Position numbers and translations under genes: made by a program
Assembly (NCBI RefSeq): GCF_001447785.1
Contig: NW_015165855.1
Span: 554,338-618,337, forward strand
Source of the DNA: Gekko japonicus
Taxonomy: Eukaryota
Reading direction: 5' to 3'
DNA: 64,000 bases
Notes under the pieces: generated by a model
What the model saw: only the letters and a program-made list of their open reading frames with translations
Told to the model about the DNA's origin: nothing
Database searches by the model: none
Shown here: positions 61,423 to 64,000 of the stretch, in pieces
How the letters are laid out: every line of letters starts with the position of its first letter
How positions within the stretch are numbered: position 1 is the first letter of the stretch

Positions 61423-63843
61423 CTTATCAGCTTTATCTGTCTCAGAACTGAGGATATTTACCTCATTGGCTGTCAAAAGTGCCTCAGGTTTATTCATAGA
61501 AGAAATGTTCTCTGCAGTTAGAACACTGCTTGGTGGAAAGGCATATTCCTGTATCCGGGATTCAGATGATAAGCAAAGTTGATAAGAATAAGGCAGTGTC
61601 CCCTCTTCATAGTTGGGTGGAAATACGACGCCATTGTTTGAGTGGGGGATGGGACCAAAACACTGAAGGAATTTGGGATTTCCTGATCGTCGAAGCTTCA
61701 TCAGAATGGCCAGAATCACCGTCAAGAGGAACAGGAATGAGATCAAAGCCAAGGCCAGCACCAGATAGAACTGCAGATCAGACTGATAGTCAGGACTGAA
61801 GGACTGGGTCTTCATTTCAGGAAGGGCCTCTTGGAAGTTCTCTGCAAACACCAGGTTCAGCGTCACTGTAGCAGATAACGATGGGTGCCCATTATCCTTC
61901 ACTAAGATGACTGCCCTCTGCTTCACAGCATCCCTTTCTAAAAATGTTCGGGATGTCCTGATCTCACCTGTATGGTGTCCAATTGTGAAGAGCCCTGGCT
62001 CAGTGGCCTGAAGCAGGTGGTAAGAAAGCCAGGCATTGTGTCCAGAGTCAGCATCCACCGCTACCACCTTGGTCACCAGATAATCTGCATCAGCTGAACG
62101 AGGGATCATCTCAAACAAGGCTGAGCCTTCCACTCCTTTGGAAGGGTAGAGGATCTGAGGGGTGTTGTCATTCTGGTCCATAATAAACACTTTCACTGTG
62201 ACATTGCTGCTGAGGGGAGGAGAGCCTCCATCTTGGGCCTTCACTTGAAGTTGGAACTCCCTGAATTGTTCGTAGTCAAAGGAACGCTGTGCATAAATGA
62301 CTCCAGTCTCAGAGTTAATGGAGACATAAGAGGAGAGAGGCAGGTCCTCAATGTTACTCTTTTGGATGGAGTAAAGGATTCGTGCATTGCGATCCAGATC
62401 TGGGTCAGAGGCTTTGACCCTGAAAATGGAGGAGCCTGAAGGATTGTTCTCTGGCACATATGTTATGTAGTAAGTTTTCTCAAAAGCTGGAGGATTGTCA
62501 TTGATGTCTGAAATGCTTAGTGAGATGGTTTTGTGTGTACTGAGAGAGGGAGTGCCTTTGTCTGTGGCTGTGATTGTGATATTATATTCTGGGGTGCTTT
62601 CTCTGTCCAATGAACCATCTGTAAATAACTTATAGTAGTTGTTAGATGTCGGAACTATTTGAAATGGCAAATTCTCTTGTAAATGGCAAGTAATTTTTCC
62701 ATTTTCTCCAGAGTCCCTGTCATTTACATTGATAAGTGCTACCAAAGTTCCTGATACCGAATCTTCTGATACTGGGTTGGACAAAGAGGCAAGAAGAATT
62801 TCTGGAGCATTATCATTCTCATCTATTATTTTTATTTCAACATTACACTGAGCCACTAATCCACCTCCATCTTTGGCTTCTACTGCTACAGAATATTTTT
62901 CGGTTTCCTCAAAGTTTAAAGTCTCCATAACTGTAATTGTCCCAACTTGTGGATCCAAAGAAAATTTCTGATGAGTACTTTTAGCAATGTTGCTGAAACT
63001 GTAAGTGATCTGGGCATTGGACCCTTCATCTCTGTCAGTGGCTTTCACCTGCACCACCGAAGATCCTTTGGGGGTATTTTCTTTCAAGCTGACCTTGTAT
63101 ACTTTTTGAGTGAACACAGGTGGGTTGTCATTGGCATCAATTACATTTATCAAAATTTTGGCTGTCCCAGTTTTGGCAGGCTTCCCTCCATCTACAGCCA
63201 AAAGGGTTAAATGGAAACTACTTTCACTTTCCCGATCCAACTGTTTATTCAGCACCAGTTCAGCATATTTACTTCCATCTTCTCCCTCTCTAACTTCTAG
63301 AACAAAATAGTGGTTTTGGCTGAGCTGATAATTCTGGACAGAGTTCATTCCAATATCAGGATCTTCAGCTTTCCCAAGGAGAAATATGGTACCTGGTAAG
63401 GTTGATTCACTTGCCTCTATTTTGATATCTCCATTTAATAAATGTGGTGTATTATCATTAATGTCCTGAATCTCCACATTTATGTGGAAAATATTCATAG
63501 GGTCTTCAACCACAGCTTCAAAACTGATATGGCAGAGTGCATTCCCCCCACATATTTCCTCTCTATCAATCCTGCTGTTTACATGCAGATTCCAATTTTC
63601 TTCACTAATAGCAAAATACTGCTTTTTGCCTAGAGCTAGGACATGCAGATTGCGATCTGCTATTTCTCCAGTGTTCAGTCCCAAATCTTTGGCAAGATTC
63701 CCCACAACAGAACCCTTTTCCATTTCCTCTGGAATGGAATACCGAACGTGCTCTGAAGTAGCCTTGCAGAACAAAGAAATTAATAAGAGGAAGTGTACTT
63801 GCCTTTTTACCAATCTGGTGTCATCTTGGTGTCTGTTATCCAT
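61423..63843 (-). CDS. PCDHGB: Protocadherin gamma-B-like variable exon V9, intact
   Basis: Full ORF from ATG 63843; donor AAG|GTGAGT at 61423/61422. Its CSE would lie beyond the window end. Confidence 0.93.
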
Positions 63844-64000
63844 TCCACTTGCTTTCTTTTCTTTTGGTTCTTTGTGTTCAGCTGATGAATTTCAACTCTC
63901 CAGTGAAAATACAGAGTAAGGAAGTATAAAACCTGTTCCTGGTATCAGGGTTGTTATTGCTTTTCCCTTTCAGGAAAACTATTTGGATGGTTCTGTCATG

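Noticed and set aside
1-64000. CRISPR array, prokaryotic defence system or V(D)J-like recombination signals
   Set aside because: Vertebrate locus with no repeat-spacer array, and no RSS heptamer/nonamer pairs noticed at exon borders. Pcdh diversity is explained by promoter choice and splicing.

Overview
Vertebrate genomic DNA, most likely a squamate reptile and probably a gecko (inferred from BovB, Sauria SINE, a tRNA-derived SINE with a CR1-like tail, L2, RTE-X, Penelope and MITE content). The window lies inside the variable region of the clustered protocadherin-gamma locus. Nine large minus-strand variable exons of gamma-B type (V1-V9) each encode a signal peptide, EC1-EC6, a TM segment and a variable cytoplasmic domain, and each ends in a phase-0 splice donor. 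The constant exons are not in the window and would lie to the left. Eight CSE/CTCF promoter elements are visible; the V9 promoter is outside the window. Seven exons are intact. V7 has a 166-bp frameshifting deletion and V8 has a single nonsense change. The array arose by tandem duplication of a roughly 10-13 kb two-gene (A+B) cassette, with one A exon later deleted and patchy sequence exchange between paralogs. Spacers contain LINE/SINE fragments, hAT MITEs (8-bp TSD) carrying promoter-like cargo with splice donors, Harbinger-like MITEs (3-bp TSD, including a 1.09-kb inverted pair), and a Penelope-derived minimal hammerhead motif. I see no convincing wholly new biological system. The best leads are the possible secreted Pcdh forms, CpG variation among the CSEs, the MITE cargo and the inverted MITE pair. 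All comparisons were made by eye and repeat family names come from recognition, not database searches.
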